Numbered from the stretch's first letter, positions 21,130 through 32,054 are shown. The stretch is 64,000 nucleotides of DNA from Nitrosopumilus sp. (GCA_965218695.1 OZ244651.1:1248001-1312000); one strand, 5' to 3'. Numbers and translations are program-made. The notes: generated by a model from the sequence alone, not told the origin.

Positions 21130-21981
21130 CTAGTATCTTGGAATGATGCTGAGTCTTGACCTTGCAGATACTGCAATGATGGCCACTACTGCCACTGCCA
21201 GGATCATGGCTGCAATCGTGCCGAACTCCGGAATTACGAAGGTGCCGTATATCCTAATCTCCTCGGCTCCTGCCGGGAAGTCGATAGTAAGCGTCCTTGA
21301 ATCGTCTGTCACCGTCTCCTCAAAGTCCACCTCTTCCAAGTCCACCAGGACAAAGTATGTATCGTCTGTACCGTCATCGTGTGTGGCATCGGCTACTGTT
21401 CTGGGTATGGTGATCTTCAGCGTACCGTCCTCATTTGTCGCAATGGCTATCACCAGTGCAGTCTCTTTCACATCGGGCGTGATGCTTAGTATGTCACCTG
21501 TGGTAAGCTCGTATCCGACCAAAAGATCTTCATTGCCTGTGACCATAACATCTCCGGCACTTGGCTCAATTGATATCATTACGTCCTTCATTCCGTCGTC
21601 AATTATGACATCGGTCAACTCAAATGATGTTGATGCCGAACGGCTGTCTGCTCCGTACTGGGCCACTACCGTGTATGTGCCTTCGATCTTCATCAGAGGT
21701 CCGCCTGCAGTGATGTCGGCGCTGAACGTCTTGTCTGGATTGACAGTTACCTGATCAATAGCTACCCTGTTTCCGTTGGAGGAAGTAACAGTTATGGATA
21801 CTGGTATTCCTGTATACAGATCCCTGACCTCGCCTGATACCATGATTACCTCGCCGCCCATATAGGACTCTTTGTCTGTGGTAACCGTGATTGCACTCTG
21901 AACTTGTCCAAATGCTGGTGCCATGCCAATACTTACAACTAAAATTGCAGATAAGGCAAACACCGATAGATGAGTTTTCAT
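21130..21981 (-). CDS. PEFG-CTERM sorting domain surface protein
   Basis: MKTHLSVFALS signal peptide; VIPEFGTIAAMIL tail. Confidence 0.9.
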   Translation of the reverse strand: MKTHLSVFALSAILVVSIGMAPAFGQVQSAITVTTDKESYMGGEVIMVSGEVRDLYTGIPVSITVTSSNGNRVAIDQVTVNPDKTFSADITAGGPLMKIEGTYTVVAQYGADSRSASTSFELTDVIIDDGMKDVMISIEPSAGDVMVTGNEDLLVGYELTTGDILSITPDVKETALVIAIATNEDGTLKITIPRTVADATHDDGTDDTYFVLVDLEEVDFEETVTDDSRTLTIDFPAGAEEIRIYGTFVIPEFGTIAAMILAVAVVAIIAVSARSRLSIIPRY

Positions 21982-22498
21982 CAATTTAAAGCCTGAATTC
22001 ACACTATTTAAAGTTATGAAAAATATTATTGACAAAAGGTAAAAATTTTTTTCATACAAGCCATTCCCTCCGGTTCCCTACGACAACTGCAATCTATCTG
22101 TGGCCGTTGTGAATTGCCGTGTCTCCTGTCGTGTTGTCCCGGCATCAGCCCGTCTGATGACTGCGTCCGGGGGAACGGAGACGGGATCGTTAATCCATGC
22201 CTGTACATGGTGGCCCGTGCCATGCCGTGTGACTTGGCGTGCCTTCTGGGCATCCCATTGACCAAAACGAACTAGGGGCCTTGGTTACAGCACCGAGACG
22301 CATCTGTGGGTACGCTGTAGCCTGCTTTCGTCCACCGACGTTCATGTCTAAGGGATATCCACATCTTCGTTATGGCCGTGTGGATTCCCATATGCAGTTC
22401 ACAATCTGCCCCTCAGATTAGATATATATTGATCAGAAAACCGAAAGTTGACAGTTTGTGTGTATTGCTGACACCTTTAGTGTTACGTATGGGGGATT

Positions 22499-22756
22499 TT
22501 GCAGTTGGCGTCTAAGAAGCAACCAATCCTGGTTCCCGATCACATCTATGTCCCAAAACATGAGATCATCTCAAAGCAGGAGGCCGAGGAGATTCTAAGA
22601 AGGTACAACTGCAAGCCCACAGAACTACCGCTAATCTTTGTCAACGATCCTGCAATTCTTGGGTTGGGCGTAAAGCCAGGCGATGTGATAAAGATCACCA
22701 GAAAGAGTCCCACTGCCGGTCAAAGTTTCTATTACCGATACGTGGTGGAGCCATAA
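22499..22756 (+). CDS. rpoH: RNA polymerase subunit H (Rpo5)
   Basis: HIYVPKHEI, LPLI..DPA, GDVIKITRKS.TAG..YYR. Confidence 0.95.
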   Translation: MQLASKKQPILVPDHIYVPKHEIISKQEAEEILRRYNCKPTELPLIFVNDPAILGLGVKPGDVIKITRKSPTAGQSFYYRYVVEP

Positions 22757-25700
22757 TGGTGAACCCGTCAACCAAGCGCTGGCCGATAATCCAGGACATC
22801 CTGAAGCGGGAGGGTATCGCCCGACAGCATCTCAACTCGTTTGACGAGTTTCTGGAGCGCGGCCTTCAGAGTATAATTGATGAGGTATCCCAGATAGACA
22901 TAGAGAATGCCGAGTATCCGTACAAGATTCAACTGGAGAAGGTAAGGCTTCAAAAGCCAAGAATGATGGAGCTTGACGGCTCCATCACGCACATCACCCC
23001 TGCCGAGGCAAGACTGAGAAACGTCTCATACTCTGCACCGGTAATGATGGAGGCCAGCGTCGTCGAGGACGGAAAGGTACTGGAATCAAAGTTTGTCCAT
23101 ATCGGCGATGTTCCAGTCATGGCAAAGTCAAATGCATGCATCCTGCACAACTTCTCCACCCAGAAGCTGGTAGAACACGGCGAGGATCCAAACGATCCCG
23201 GCGGCTACTTTATCATCAACGGCTCTGAGCGGGTGATAGTCGGGCTTGAGGATCTCTCATACAACAAGATAATCGTGGACAGGGAGACTGTAGGAGGAAA
23301 CATAGTCTTCAAGGCCAAGGTATACTCTTCAATAATAGGATACAGGGCAAAGCTGGAACTTGTCATGAAGAATGACGGACTGCTCGTGGCCAGAATTCCA
23401 GGATCCCCAGTCGACATACCCGTAATCACCCTGATGAGGGCGCTCGGGCTGGAGTCTGACAAGGAGATTGCAGGCGTGGTCTCCTTGGTAGACGAGCTTC
23501 AGGATCAGCTGGAGGGCTCCTTTGAGAAGGCAAACGACGTCCTGACATCCAAGGATGCAATAGTCTACATCAGCAAGAGGATTGCGCCGGGGATGCTTGA
23601 AGAGTTTCAGATAAAACGTACAGAGACCCTGCTTGACTGGGGACTGTTGCCGCACCTGGGCAAGCATCCTGAGAACAGAAAGGAGAAGGCGCAGTTTCTA
23701 GGCGAGGCGGCATGCAAGCTACTTGAGCTGAAACTTGGCTGGATCTCCCCTGACGACAAGGATCACTACGGTAACAAGATAATCAAGTTTGCAGGCCAGA
23801 TGCTGGCAGACCTGTTCAGGACCGCCTTTAGGAATCTTATCCGGGACATGAAGTACCAGCTGGAGCGATCCGGGCAGAAGCGCGGAATCAACGCAGTCGC
23901 AGCTGCGATACGCCCTGGAATAATCACAGACAAGCTCAACAACGCCATTGCAACTGGAAACTGGGGCAGGGGCCGCGTCGGCGTGACCCAGCTGCTTGAC
24001 AGAACCAATTATCTGTCCACCATAAGTCACCTTAGAAGAATCCAGTCGCCGCTCAGCAGGACGCAGCCAAACTTTGAGGCCAGGGACCTGCATGCCACCC
24101 ACTTTGGGAGGATCTGTCCCAGCGAGACGCCAGAGGGCTCCAACTGCGGACTTGTAAAGAACTTGGCACTGTCCGGGATCATATCTGTAAACATTCCGTC
24201 TGAGGAGATAATCGAGAAGCTGTATGATCTGGGCACTGTCCACTTCTTTGAAGCACAGGACGACCTTAAAAAGGACGGAACCCGAGTGTTTGTAGACGGA
24301 CGGCTTATCGGGTATTACAGGGACGGCAATCATCTGGCAGCATCCCTTCGGGATCTCAGGAGGGACTCCAAGATTCATCCTCATGTGGGGGTGTCCTTTT
24401 ACAAGTCCGAGATTGAGGGATCCACTACGAGAATCTACATCAACTGCAACGCAGGACGCGTGCTGCGGCCGCTAATCATAGTAAAGGATGACGTGCCACT
24501 GCTCACGGAGAACCTGCTTGACAAGATATCAAAGAAACTGCTCTCGTGGGCTGATCTGCTCAGGATGGGAGTACTTGAGATGATAGACGCAAACGAGGAG
24601 GAGAACTGCTACGTTGCCCTGAGCGAGGATGATCTGGCAGGCCACACGCACCTGGAAGTGTTCCCGTCTGCAATACTGGGCGCAGGGGCATCCATCATCC
24701 CATATCCGGAACACAACCAGTCTCCAAGAAACACGTACGAGTCTGCAATGGCAAAACAGAGCCTTGGATTCTCCACGCCCATGATGAACACCAGCACGTA
24801 TGTCCGGCAGCACTTTATGCTGTACCCGCAGACCCCCATAGTCAACACGAAGGCCATGAAGCTTCTGGGCCTTGAGGAGCGGCCCGCAGGCCAGAACTGC
24901 ATCGTTGCGGTGCTTCCGTTTGACGGCTACAACATCGAGGATGCAATCGTACTCAGCAAGGCATCTGTGGACAGGGGCCTGGGAAGGACGTTCTTTTACA
25001 GGATCTATGACGCCGAGGCAAAGCAGTACCCCGGCGGAATGCGCGACAGCTTTGAGATACCCAACGCCGAGGACAACATACGCGGGTACAAGGGCGAGCG
25101 CGCATACAAGCTGCTTGAGGAGGACGGCGTTGTCGCGTCCGAATCCATAGTCAAGGGCGGCGACATTCTGATTGGCAAGACCAGCCCCCCAAGGTTCATG
25201 GAGGAGTACCGCGAGTTTGAGTCGGCCGGCCCATACCGGAGGGACACATCCATCGGGGTCAGGCCGTCTGAGACCGGGGTGGTCGATACTGTTGTCATGA
25301 CCCAGTCAAACGAGGGAGGAAAGATGTACAAGATCCGGGCCAGGGACATGAGGATTCCTGAGATTGGTGACAAGTTTGCATCCAGGCACGGGCAGAAGGG
25401 CGTGCTTGGAATGCTGGCAGAGGCAGAGGATCTGCCGTATACTGCAGACGGAATATCGCCTGACGTGCTTATCAACCCGCATGCGTTCCCGTCAAGAATG
25501 ACTGTAGGGATGATGATGGAGTCAATCTGCGGCAAGTCGGCGGCCCTGCGCGGAAGCAGGTTTGACGGTTCTGCCTTTGTAGGCGAGAAGATGAGCGAGG
25601 TCAAGGAGGTCATGGATGCGCACGGCTTCCAGTATTCAGGCAAGGAGATAATGTATGACGGAAGAACCGGAAAGGCGTTCCCAGTAGAGGTCTTTATTGG

Positions 25701-26103
25701 TGTGGTATACTATCAAAAACTCCACCACATGGTGGCTGACAAGATTCATGCAAGGGCCAGGGGCCAGGTTCAGATGCTGACCAAGCAGCCCACCGAGGGC
25801 AGGGCCAGGGGAGGCGGTCTGAGGTTTGGTGAGATGGAGCGTGACTGCCTTATTGCGTACGGCGCCTCGATGATCCTCAAGGACAGGCTGCTAGACGAGT
25901 CTGACAAGTCAGACGTGTTCATCTGTGAGAGGTGCGGACTGGTCTCATACCATGACGTCAAGCAGCGCAAGTACGTCTGCAGGGTCTGCGGCGACAAGGC
26001 CAAGGTCTCGTCAGTGTCTGTTGCATACGCCTTCAAACTGCTACTGCAGGAGATGCAGAGTCTCAACATAGCCCCACGGCTGCTGATAAAGGAGAAGGTC
26101 TGA
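22756..26103 (+). CDS. rpoB: RNA polymerase subunit B (Rpo2), unsplit
   Basis: GYFIINGSERV, ETPEG.NCGLVKN, GDKFASRHGQKG, GGLRFGEMERD. Confidence 0.98.
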   Translation: MVNPSTKRWPIIQDILKREGIARQHLNSFDEFLERGLQSIIDEVSQIDIENAEYPYKIQLEKVRLQKPRMMELDGSITHITPAEARLRNVSYSAPVMMEASVVEDGKVLESKFVHIGDVPVMAKSNACILHNFSTQKLVEHGEDPNDPGGYFIINGSERVIVGLEDLSYNKIIVDRETVGGNIVFKAKVYSSIIGYRAKLELVMKNDGLLVARIPGSPVDIPVITLMRALGLESDKEIAGVVSLVDELQDQLEGSFEKANDVLTSKDAIVYISKRIAPGMLEEFQIKRTETLLDWGLLPHLGKHPENRKEKAQFLGEAACKLLELKLGWISPDDKDHYGNKIIKFAGQMLADLFRTAFRNLIRDMKYQLERSGQKRGINAVAAAIRPGIITDKLNNAIATGNWGRGRVGVTQLLDRTNYLSTISHLRRIQSPLSRTQPNFEARDLHATHFGRICPSETPEGSNCGLVKNLALSGIISVNIPSEEIIEKLYDLGTVHFFEAQDDLKKDGTRVFVDGRLIGYYRDGNHLAASLRDLRRDSKIHPHVGVSFYKSEIEGSTTRIYINCNAGRVLRPLIIVKDDVPLLTENLLDKISKKLLSWADLLRMGVLEMIDANEEENCYVALSEDDLAGHTHLEVFPSAILGAGASIIPYPEHNQSPRNTYESAMAKQSLGFSTPMMNTSTYVRQHFMLYPQTPIVNTKAMKLLGLEERPAGQNCIVAVLPFDGYNIEDAIVLSKASVDRGLGRTFFYRIYDAEAKQYPGGMRDSFEIPNAEDNIRGYKGERAYKLLEEDGVVASESIVKGGDILIGKTSPPRFMEEYREFESAGPYRRDTSIGVRPSETGVVDTVVMTQSNEGGKMYKIRARDMRIPEIGDKFASRHGQKGVLGMLAEAEDLPYTADGISPDVLINPHAFPSRMTVGMMMESICGKSAALRGSRFDGSAFVGEKMSEVKEVMDAHGFQYSGKEIMYDGRTGKAFPVEVFIGVVYYQKLHHMVADKIHARARGQVQMLTKQPTEGRARGGGLRFGEMERDCLIAYGASMILKDRLLDESDKSDVFICERCGLVSYHDVKQRKYVCRVCGDKAKVSSVSVAYAFKLLLQEMQSLNIAPRLLIKEKV

Positions 26104-26104
26104 C

Positions 26105-29100
26105 GTGTCGATTCAAGCCATAAAATCAATCAACGGAATCAGGTTCTCCGTCTGGTCTCCCACTGAGATTAGAAAGTACTCTGTTGCCGAGATTACTGCC
26201 CCCGAGACGTATGACGAGGACGGGATGCCTGTTCAGGGGGGACTCATGGACGGCAGGCTTGGAACGCTGGAGCCGGGCCAAAAGTGCCTCACATGCGGAA
26301 ATACTGCTGCGCGGTGTCCTGGACACTTTGGGCACATAGAGTTCGCAGAGCCGGTACTGCACATTGCATTCATCGACAACATCTACAAGCTGCTACAATC
26401 CACATGCCGCTCATGCGCCAGACTCAAGGTTCCCCAGGAGAACCTGGACGAGTTCAGGCGAATCAAGGACAAGCGTGCAGCGTATGCCGTAATATCGCAA
26501 AAACGCATTCCCGAGATGATAATAGAGAAGGCAAAGAAGGCCAAGGCGTGTCCGCACTGCGGCAAGACACAGTACGAACTGATCTTTACAAAGCCCACAA
26601 TATTCGTAGAAAAAGCAGACATCGGCGAGCACAGACTACTCCCAATCACGATCCGTGAGAGGTTCTCGCAGATTCTTGATGATGATCTGGATCTGATGTC
26701 GTATGACCCTGCCACTGCCAGGCCAGAATGGTTCGTGCTCCAGGCGCTGCCCGTGCCCCCTGTCACGGTGAGGCCGTCAATCATACTGGAGACCGGAATA
26801 CGCTCTGAGGACGATCTGACCCACAAGATGGTCGACATAATCAGGGTCAACCAGAGACTCAAGGAGAGCAAGGAGGCAGGAACGCCGCCGCTGATAGTCC
26901 AGGACCTGGTGGACCTGCTCCAATACCACACCACCACATACTTTGACAACGAGGTATCCGGAATCCCGCAGGCACACCACCGCTCCGGCCGACCCCTCAA
27001 GACCCTTACCCAGAGACTCAAAGGGAAGGAGGGAAGGTTCAGAGGATCCCTGTCGGGAAAGAGGGTGGACTTTTCAAGCAGAACCGTCATCTCCCCTGAT
27101 CCCAACTTGGATCTATCCGAGGTCGGGGTTCCAATAACCGTGGCCATGAAGCTTACCATCCCTGAGATTGTGACCTCGTGGAACATCGAGAGGATGAAGG
27201 ATCTTGTGATTAACGGACCCGACACGTTTCCAGGCGTCAACTATATCGTCAGGCCAGACGGCGTAAAGATACGCCTGGACTTTGTAGAGGACCGCTCGAT
27301 AATCGCCGAGACGCTCGAGATAGGATACCTTGTAGAAAGACACCTTGCAGACGGCGACATCGTAATGTTCAACCGGCAGCCCTCACTCCACCAGATGTCC
27401 ATCATGGCACACTATGTCAAGGTGCTTCCTGGAAAGACCTTCAGGCTGCATCCGTCGGTATGTCCGCCATACAACGCAGACTTTGACGGCGACGAGATGA
27501 ACCTTCACGTTCCCCAGAGCGAGGAGGCAAGGGCCGAGGCCATCCTGCTGATGAGGGTGCAGGATCAACTGATCTCGCCCCGATACGGCGGCCCCATAAT
27601 CGGAGCACTCAGGGACTTTGTTACAGGCGCATATCTTCTGACCAAGGACAGCACGACGCTCACCCCCCAGGAGTTTACAAACCTTGCGATGCTTGGCAGC
27701 TATCCAGGCAGGCTTCCCGAACCCGGCACGACAGCATCAGACGGCCCTGCATACACAGGCAAGCAGCTCTTCTCGCTGTTCCTCCCCAAGGACTTTAACT
27801 ATGTAATTACGTCAAAATGGTCCAAGGGAATCAAGGGCCCCAAGAACGACGTCGTAATCAAGAACGGGCAGCTCATCAGCGGTGTGATTGACAAGACGTC
27901 GATCGGCGCAGAAGAGCCTGAAAGCGTGTTGCACAGGATAGCAAAGGACTATGGCAACGATGTGGGCAAAAAGTTCCTCAACTCGATTCTGATCATGGTA
28001 AAGCAGTTCATCACCCACTACGGATTCAGTTACGGCTTTGGCGACTTGGAGGTACCTGAAAAGGACAAGCAGCAGATACTTGACGACATCCAGGGAACCT
28101 ATAACGTCGTGGCGGATCTGACTGAACAGTACGAGAACGGAACACTCAAGCTTACAAGGGGAATGAAACCCGAGGAGGCCCTTGAGGCATACATTGTAAA
28201 CGAACTGGGCAAGGCAAGGGACAAGGCCGGCTCCACTGCAAACGACTCGCTTGACGTGGGCAATGCCGGAAAGATCATGGCCACCACCGGCGCAAGGGGC
28301 TCCTCTCTCAACGTGGGCCAGATGGCAGGCGCGCTCGGTCAGCAGTCAAGAAGGGGAAACAGGCTGCACGACGGGTATGACAACCGCGCACTCCCCCACT
28401 ACCGGGAGCACGACAAGAATCCCGACGCACATGGGTTTGTAAAGTCCAACTACCGGGAGGGACTCTCGGCACTGGAGTTCTTCTTTCATGCCATGGGAGG
28501 ACGCGAGGGGCTGGTGGACACTGCAGTCCGAACCCAGCAGAGCGGCTACATGCAGCGCAGGCTGATCAACGCCTTGGAGCACATCCGGCTCGAGTACGAC
28601 GGAACCGTAAGGGATCCGCACGGCCACATAGTCCAGTTCCTCTACGGGGAGGACGGAATCGACGTGGCAAAGAGCGATCACGGTGAGGCGTTCAACGTCA
28701 ACAGGCTCATCGAGTCCCAGACCATAGTGAACACCGGAGACAGGGCCACAAAGGACGAGATTGACGCACTCGCAAAAAAGTACACCATGACGTTTAATCC
28801 GCGACTCACCACGCTTGTAACCGATGCACTGCACAAGTCGGAGCTGAGCAGGGAAGGCGCCGAGGCCGTGTGCAAGAAGGGACTCTCGCTGTATAACAAG
28901 GCGCAGGTGGAGCCAGGACAGGCAGTCGGAATAATCACTGCCCAGTCGATCGGCGAACCCGGCACACAGATGACACTCAGAACGTTCCACTTTGCAGGAA
29001 TCAAGGAGAGAAACGTCACCCTCGGCCTTCCAAGGCTCATCGAACTAGTCGATGCAAGAAAGAAGCCGGTCACGCCTACGATGGACATCTACCTTGACGA

Positions 29101-29893
29101 GGAGTCCAAACACTCAAGGGAGAAGGCAATCGAGGTTGCAAAGAACGTCCTGCAGACCAAGATAAGCTCCCTGATTGCCTACCACGACACCGACTACGCC
29201 ACTGAGATCAAGCTGGTTCTGGACACAAAGAGGCTCAGGGATCGGGGCTGCACCGTGGAGGGCGTCGAGGCATCCCTGGCATCCAACAAAAAGTTCAAGA
29301 TGACAGTTACCGGGGAGATGCTGGCGCTGAAGCTGGTGGAGGCCTCTGACACTGCAACCGTGATTGCACTGAGAAACAAGATACTCAACATCACCGTCAA
29401 GGGGGTCCCGGACATTGAGCGCGTCACCCTGGTACAAAAGGACGACGAGTGGGTCATACAGACTACCGGCTCGAACATTGCAAAACTTCTTCCAGTGTCT
29501 GGAATCGACAAGAGAAACATCCGAACCAACAACGTCTTTGAGATTGCAGGCACCCTGGGAATAGAGGCCGCCCGAAACGCACTGATCAACGAGCTTAACA
29601 ACACCCTTGAGGATCAGGGACTTGAGGTTGACAACAGGTACATCATGCTGGTCTCTGACCTGATGTGCTCCCGCGGATACATGCAGCAGATAGGAAGGCA
29701 CGGAATAGCAGGAACAAAGGACAGCGTCCTTGCAAGGGCCGCCTTTGAGATTACCGTTCCCACCATAGCGCATGCGGCCCTCGGAGGGGAAGTCGAGCAG
29801 CTCAAGGGAATCACCGAGAATGTGATCGTGGGAAGCAACATTCCGATAGGAAGCGGAACAGTCGACCTCTACATGCAGGTCTCAAAGAAATAG
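26105..29893 (+). CDS. rpoA: RNA polymerase subunit A (Rpo1), A'+A'' fused
   Basis: NADFDGDEMN catalytic motif followed in frame by A'' motifs AQSIGEPGTQMT and VLARAAFE. Confidence 0.97.
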   Translation: MSIQAIKSINGIRFSVWSPTEIRKYSVAEITAPETYDEDGMPVQGGLMDGRLGTLEPGQKCLTCGNTAARCPGHFGHIEFAEPVLHIAFIDNIYKLLQSTCRSCARLKVPQENLDEFRRIKDKRAAYAVISQKRIPEMIIEKAKKAKACPHCGKTQYELIFTKPTIFVEKADIGEHRLLPITIRERFSQILDDDLDLMSYDPATARPEWFVLQALPVPPVTVRPSIILETGIRSEDDLTHKMVDIIRVNQRLKESKEAGTPPLIVQDLVDLLQYHTTTYFDNEVSGIPQAHHRSGRPLKTLTQRLKGKEGRFRGSLSGKRVDFSSRTVISPDPNLDLSEVGVPITVAMKLTIPEIVTSWNIERMKDLVINGPDTFPGVNYIVRPDGVKIRLDFVEDRSIIAETLEIGYLVERHLADGDIVMFNRQPSLHQMSIMAHYVKVLPGKTFRLHPSVCPPYNADFDGDEMNLHVPQSEEARAEAILLMRVQDQLISPRYGGPIIGALRDFVTGAYLLTKDSTTLTPQEFTNLAMLGSYPGRLPEPGTTASDGPAYTGKQLFSLFLPKDFNYVITSKWSKGIKGPKNDVVIKNGQLISGVIDKTSIGAEEPESVLHRIAKDYGNDVGKKFLNSILIMVKQFITHYGFSYGFGDLEVPEKDKQQILDDIQGTYNVVADLTEQYENGTLKLTRGMKPEEALEAYIVNELGKARDKAGSTANDSLDVGNAGKIMATTGARGSSLNVGQMAGALGQQSRRGNRLHDGYDNRALPHYREHDKNPDAHGFVKSNYREGLSALEFFFHAMGGREGLVDTAVRTQQSGYMQRRLINALEHIRLEYDGTVRDPHGHIVQFLYGEDGIDVAKSDHGEAFNVNRLIESQTIVNTGDRATKDEIDALAKKYTMTFNPRLTTLVTDALHKSELSREGAEAVCKKGLSLYNKAQVEPGQAVGIITAQSIGEPGTQMTLRTFHFAGIKERNVTLGLPRLIELVDARKKPVTPTMDIYLDEESKHSREKAIEVAKNVLQTKISSLIAYHDTDYATEIKLVLDTKRLRDRGCTVEGVEASLASNKKFKMTVTGEMLALKLVEASDTATVIALRNKILNITVKGVPDIERVTLVQKDDEWVIQTTGSNIAKLLPVSGIDKRNIRTNNVFEIAGTLGIEAARNALINELNNTLEDQGLEVDNRYIMLVSDLMCSRGYMQQIGRHGIAGTKDSVLARAAFEITVPTIAHAALGGEVEQLKGITENVIVGSNIPIGSGTVDLYMQVSKK

Positions 29894-30010
29894 CACCCTT
29901 GGGGGGGAAAGAGTGCGAACCGTCCTCTGCCGATCCGTCTGCCAGAACCCCGCCGCCTCCCGGGAGAACTGCAAATAATTATATTCCAATGAATGGGACT
30001 ACATCTTGGT

Positions 30011-30113
30011 AGCCCGATAGTCTAGCGGTCAAATAATTTTAGATCAAGGATTCTGCCCTCTGGATCTCATGAGTGGATAGGCAGAGACGGCAGTTCGAAT
30101 CTGCCTCGGGCTA
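30011..30113 (+). tRNA. tRNA-Gln(CTG) with two 15-nt introns
   Basis: Acceptor AGCCCGA/TCGGGCT, T-arm GGCAG-TTCGAAT-CTGCC, anticodon stem CTGCC/GGCAG with CTG at 30060-30062; removing 30033-30047 and 30064-30078 gives a 73-nt cloverleaf. Confidence 0.88.
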
Positions 30114-30154
30114 CTGGTATTATGCAATGGGGAGGGGGAGGTGCCTGTAGCGTT

Positions 30155-30754
30155 CTATCTTGAGGCCTGCGCTATGCGTTCCACTTCGTTCTTCTTCTTT
30201 ACGGAGTGGGCGGAAGAATCGTTCTGTGATGCCATGATCAGCTGCTCTGCCATGTGTTCCTCGATGGGCTTTGGATTGGAGAACGTACTCTCCTTTATCG
30301 CATCCGATATGAACTTCAAGGCCAGGTCGACCCTTCGGATCGGGGCGACATCGACTGACACATGGTATACGGTGCCTCCGTAGACTATCCTGGTGGTGTC
30401 CTCGTTGGGTGCAGAATACTCCACTGCCCGCACCAGAACCTCGACTGGATTCTTTCCTGTCTTTAGGGATATGATGTCAAATGCAGTCTTTACGGTGTTC
30501 ATGACGTTTGCCTTTTTGCCAGTCATCCTGCCTGTATTCTTGGCATACCTCTTGCCAAAGTGCATCGTCTTGTTGATCAGCCTCTCGACAATATTGACAT
30601 CGGCCTTGTTGAACCTCTTGAGGGCAGAGCGGCCGTACGTGTACGGCAGGATCTGTTTTCGAAGCGAGATTGCAGTCTTTAGTCCGGGATCCTTTACCTC
30701 GATGCCTGTCATGTCCCATTTTCTAAACAGCAACATGTTCTTTGTCTCTGCCAT
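30155..30754 (-). CDS. rps7: 30S ribosomal protein S7
   Basis: IVERLIN, NPVEVLV.A, VDVAP.RRVDLAL, ERIAQASR. Confidence 0.96.
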   Translation of the reverse strand: MAETKNMLLFRKWDMTGIEVKDPGLKTAISLRKQILPYTYGRSALKRFNKADVNIVERLINKTMHFGKRYAKNTGRMTGKKANVMNTVKTAFDIISLKTGKNPVEVLVRAVEYSAPNEDTTRIVYGGTVYHVSVDVAPIRRVDLALKFISDAIKESTFSNPKPIEEHMAEQLIMASQNDSSAHSVKKKNEVERIAQASR

Positions 30755-30764
30755 GCCCCTATAC

Positions 30765-31202
30765 CTATCTCCTCGGTTTCTCCTTCTTGCCGATGACCAG
30801 TTCGTGAAGTGATGTTCCGTTTACCTTGAATACCTTGAACCTGACCCCCGGGATGTCTCCCATTGCGCCTCCCTGCGTTGCGCCCATTCCGTGTATGTGA
30901 ACCTCGTCGTGCTCGTCAATGAAGTTCATTGCGCCGTCACGCGGCAGAAAGGCCGTCACGGTCTTGCCGTTCTTGATCAGCTGGACACGGACACATTTTC
31001 GTACGGCCGAGTTGGGCTGCTTTGCGGCAATTCCGACCTTCTCCAGCACGATGCCCTTGGCCTGTGGGGAGCCGCCGAGCGGATCCGCCTTTTTGTCAAT
31101 TCCAAGTTCCCTTCTCTTGTAGGTCGATATTGCCCAACGCTGCCTCTTCTTCTTGGTAGTCAAAACCCTGCCCGCAAATAACCCTAGGGGTGACTTTCTC
31201 AT
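30765..31202 (-). CDS. rps12: 30S ribosomal protein S12
   Basis: [25 protein letters not shown]. Confidence 0.97.
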   Translation of the reverse strand: MRKSPLGLFAGRVLTTKKKRQRWAISTYKRRELGIDKKADPLGGSPQAKGIVLEKVGIAAKQPNSAVRKCVRVQLIKNGKTVTAFLPRDGAMNFIDEHDEVHIHGMGATQGGAMGDIPGVRFKVFKVNGTSLHELVIGKKEKPRR

Positions 31203-31205
31203 ACA

Positions 31206-31670
31206 CTACAACTCCAATGTCGCTTTTTCAGGACTGTTGATTAATACGCTGGTTATATCAAAATACCGTTTTGCGAGAAGCCTTGCCTTTTCGGCATTTC
31301 TTCCGTCCCTACCTACCACGATTCCCTTCTTTCTTGGATCCACTATGACCACCGCCTGCTTTGTTCCGTCAAGCCGTGCGCTTATCCTTACCTCTGAGAC
31401 GAGTTTGGAGTTGAGAAGGTTTGCAAGAAACTTTGCCGGATCCTCTTCAAACTCAACCAGCTCTATGTTCCTCTTGATTATGTTCTGGAGTGATTTTATG
31501 TGGGTGCCGCCCTTGCCTATTGCAAGGCCCATCTTGCCTGTGTTGACTACGAATATTACCCTGTTCTGTTTCTGGTCATCGACACAGTCACGTGCAGTCG
31601 CGCCCGTGACGTTCTGGAACAGGGACATCATGCGCATCTGATCGGTGGTAAGCTTGATTGACTGTGTCAT
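31206..31670 (-). CDS. nusA: Archaeal NusA
   Basis: KH motifs GLAIGKGG and GIVVGRDG; position between L30e and S12. Confidence 0.93.
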   Translation of the reverse strand: MTQSIKLTTDQMRMMSLFQNVTGATARDCVDDQKQNRVIFVVNTGKMGLAIGKGGTHIKSLQNIIKRNIELVEFEEDPAKFLANLLNSKLVSEVRISARLDGTKQAVVIVDPRKKGIVVGRDGRNAEKARLLAKRYFDITSVLINSPEKATLEL

Positions 31671-31739
31671 GGGAATTCCTTTTTTACTCCGGAAACAATC
31701 GCTTCATTTAGACTTTTGTTGGGTGATGCGTCAGTCATC

Positions 31740-32054
31740 TTAGGCTCCTGTTTGTGACTCGTTAAGGATTGCCTTGATGCTGTCGTTGGTTATGGATGTG
31801 AATGATATTGTTGATATTCTAAATTGCAGGCCGCACAGCTTCCCTAGTGCGACTGACGTTCCCTGAAAGTCTACCAGTGGTATCTCTTGTTCCTTTGCGT
31901 CTGATCTGATTTTGTCGGATGTTTTGCCGTCCAGAGACTTGGACAGTATGACCAGTTTGGAATCTTTTATGGAGCTTAGGACCTGTCTGGAGCCCATGGT
32001 CAGCCGGTCTTCCTTGCGGGCATCCTTTAATGATTTTTCCAGAATCCTACTCAT
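31740..32054 (-). CDS. rpl30e: 50S ribosomal protein L30e
   Basis: GSRQV, LGKLCG.QF L7Ae/L30e-family motifs; operon context. Confidence 0.88.
   Translation of the reverse strand: MSRILEKSLKDARKEDRLTMGSRQVLSSIKDSKLVILSKSLDGKTSDKIRSDAKEQEIPLVDFQGTSVALGKLCGLQFRISTISFTSITNDSIKAILNESQTGA

Noticed and set aside
16807-21231. Diversity-generating retroelement TR/VR pair in the PEFG tails
   Set aside because: No reverse transcriptase; differences are mostly synonymous and not adenine-specific
22756-29893. Inteins in rpoB/rpoA, or A'/A'' fusion as a novelty
   Set aside because: Lengths are normal with no intein motifs; fused Rpo1 is an established thaumarchaeal trait
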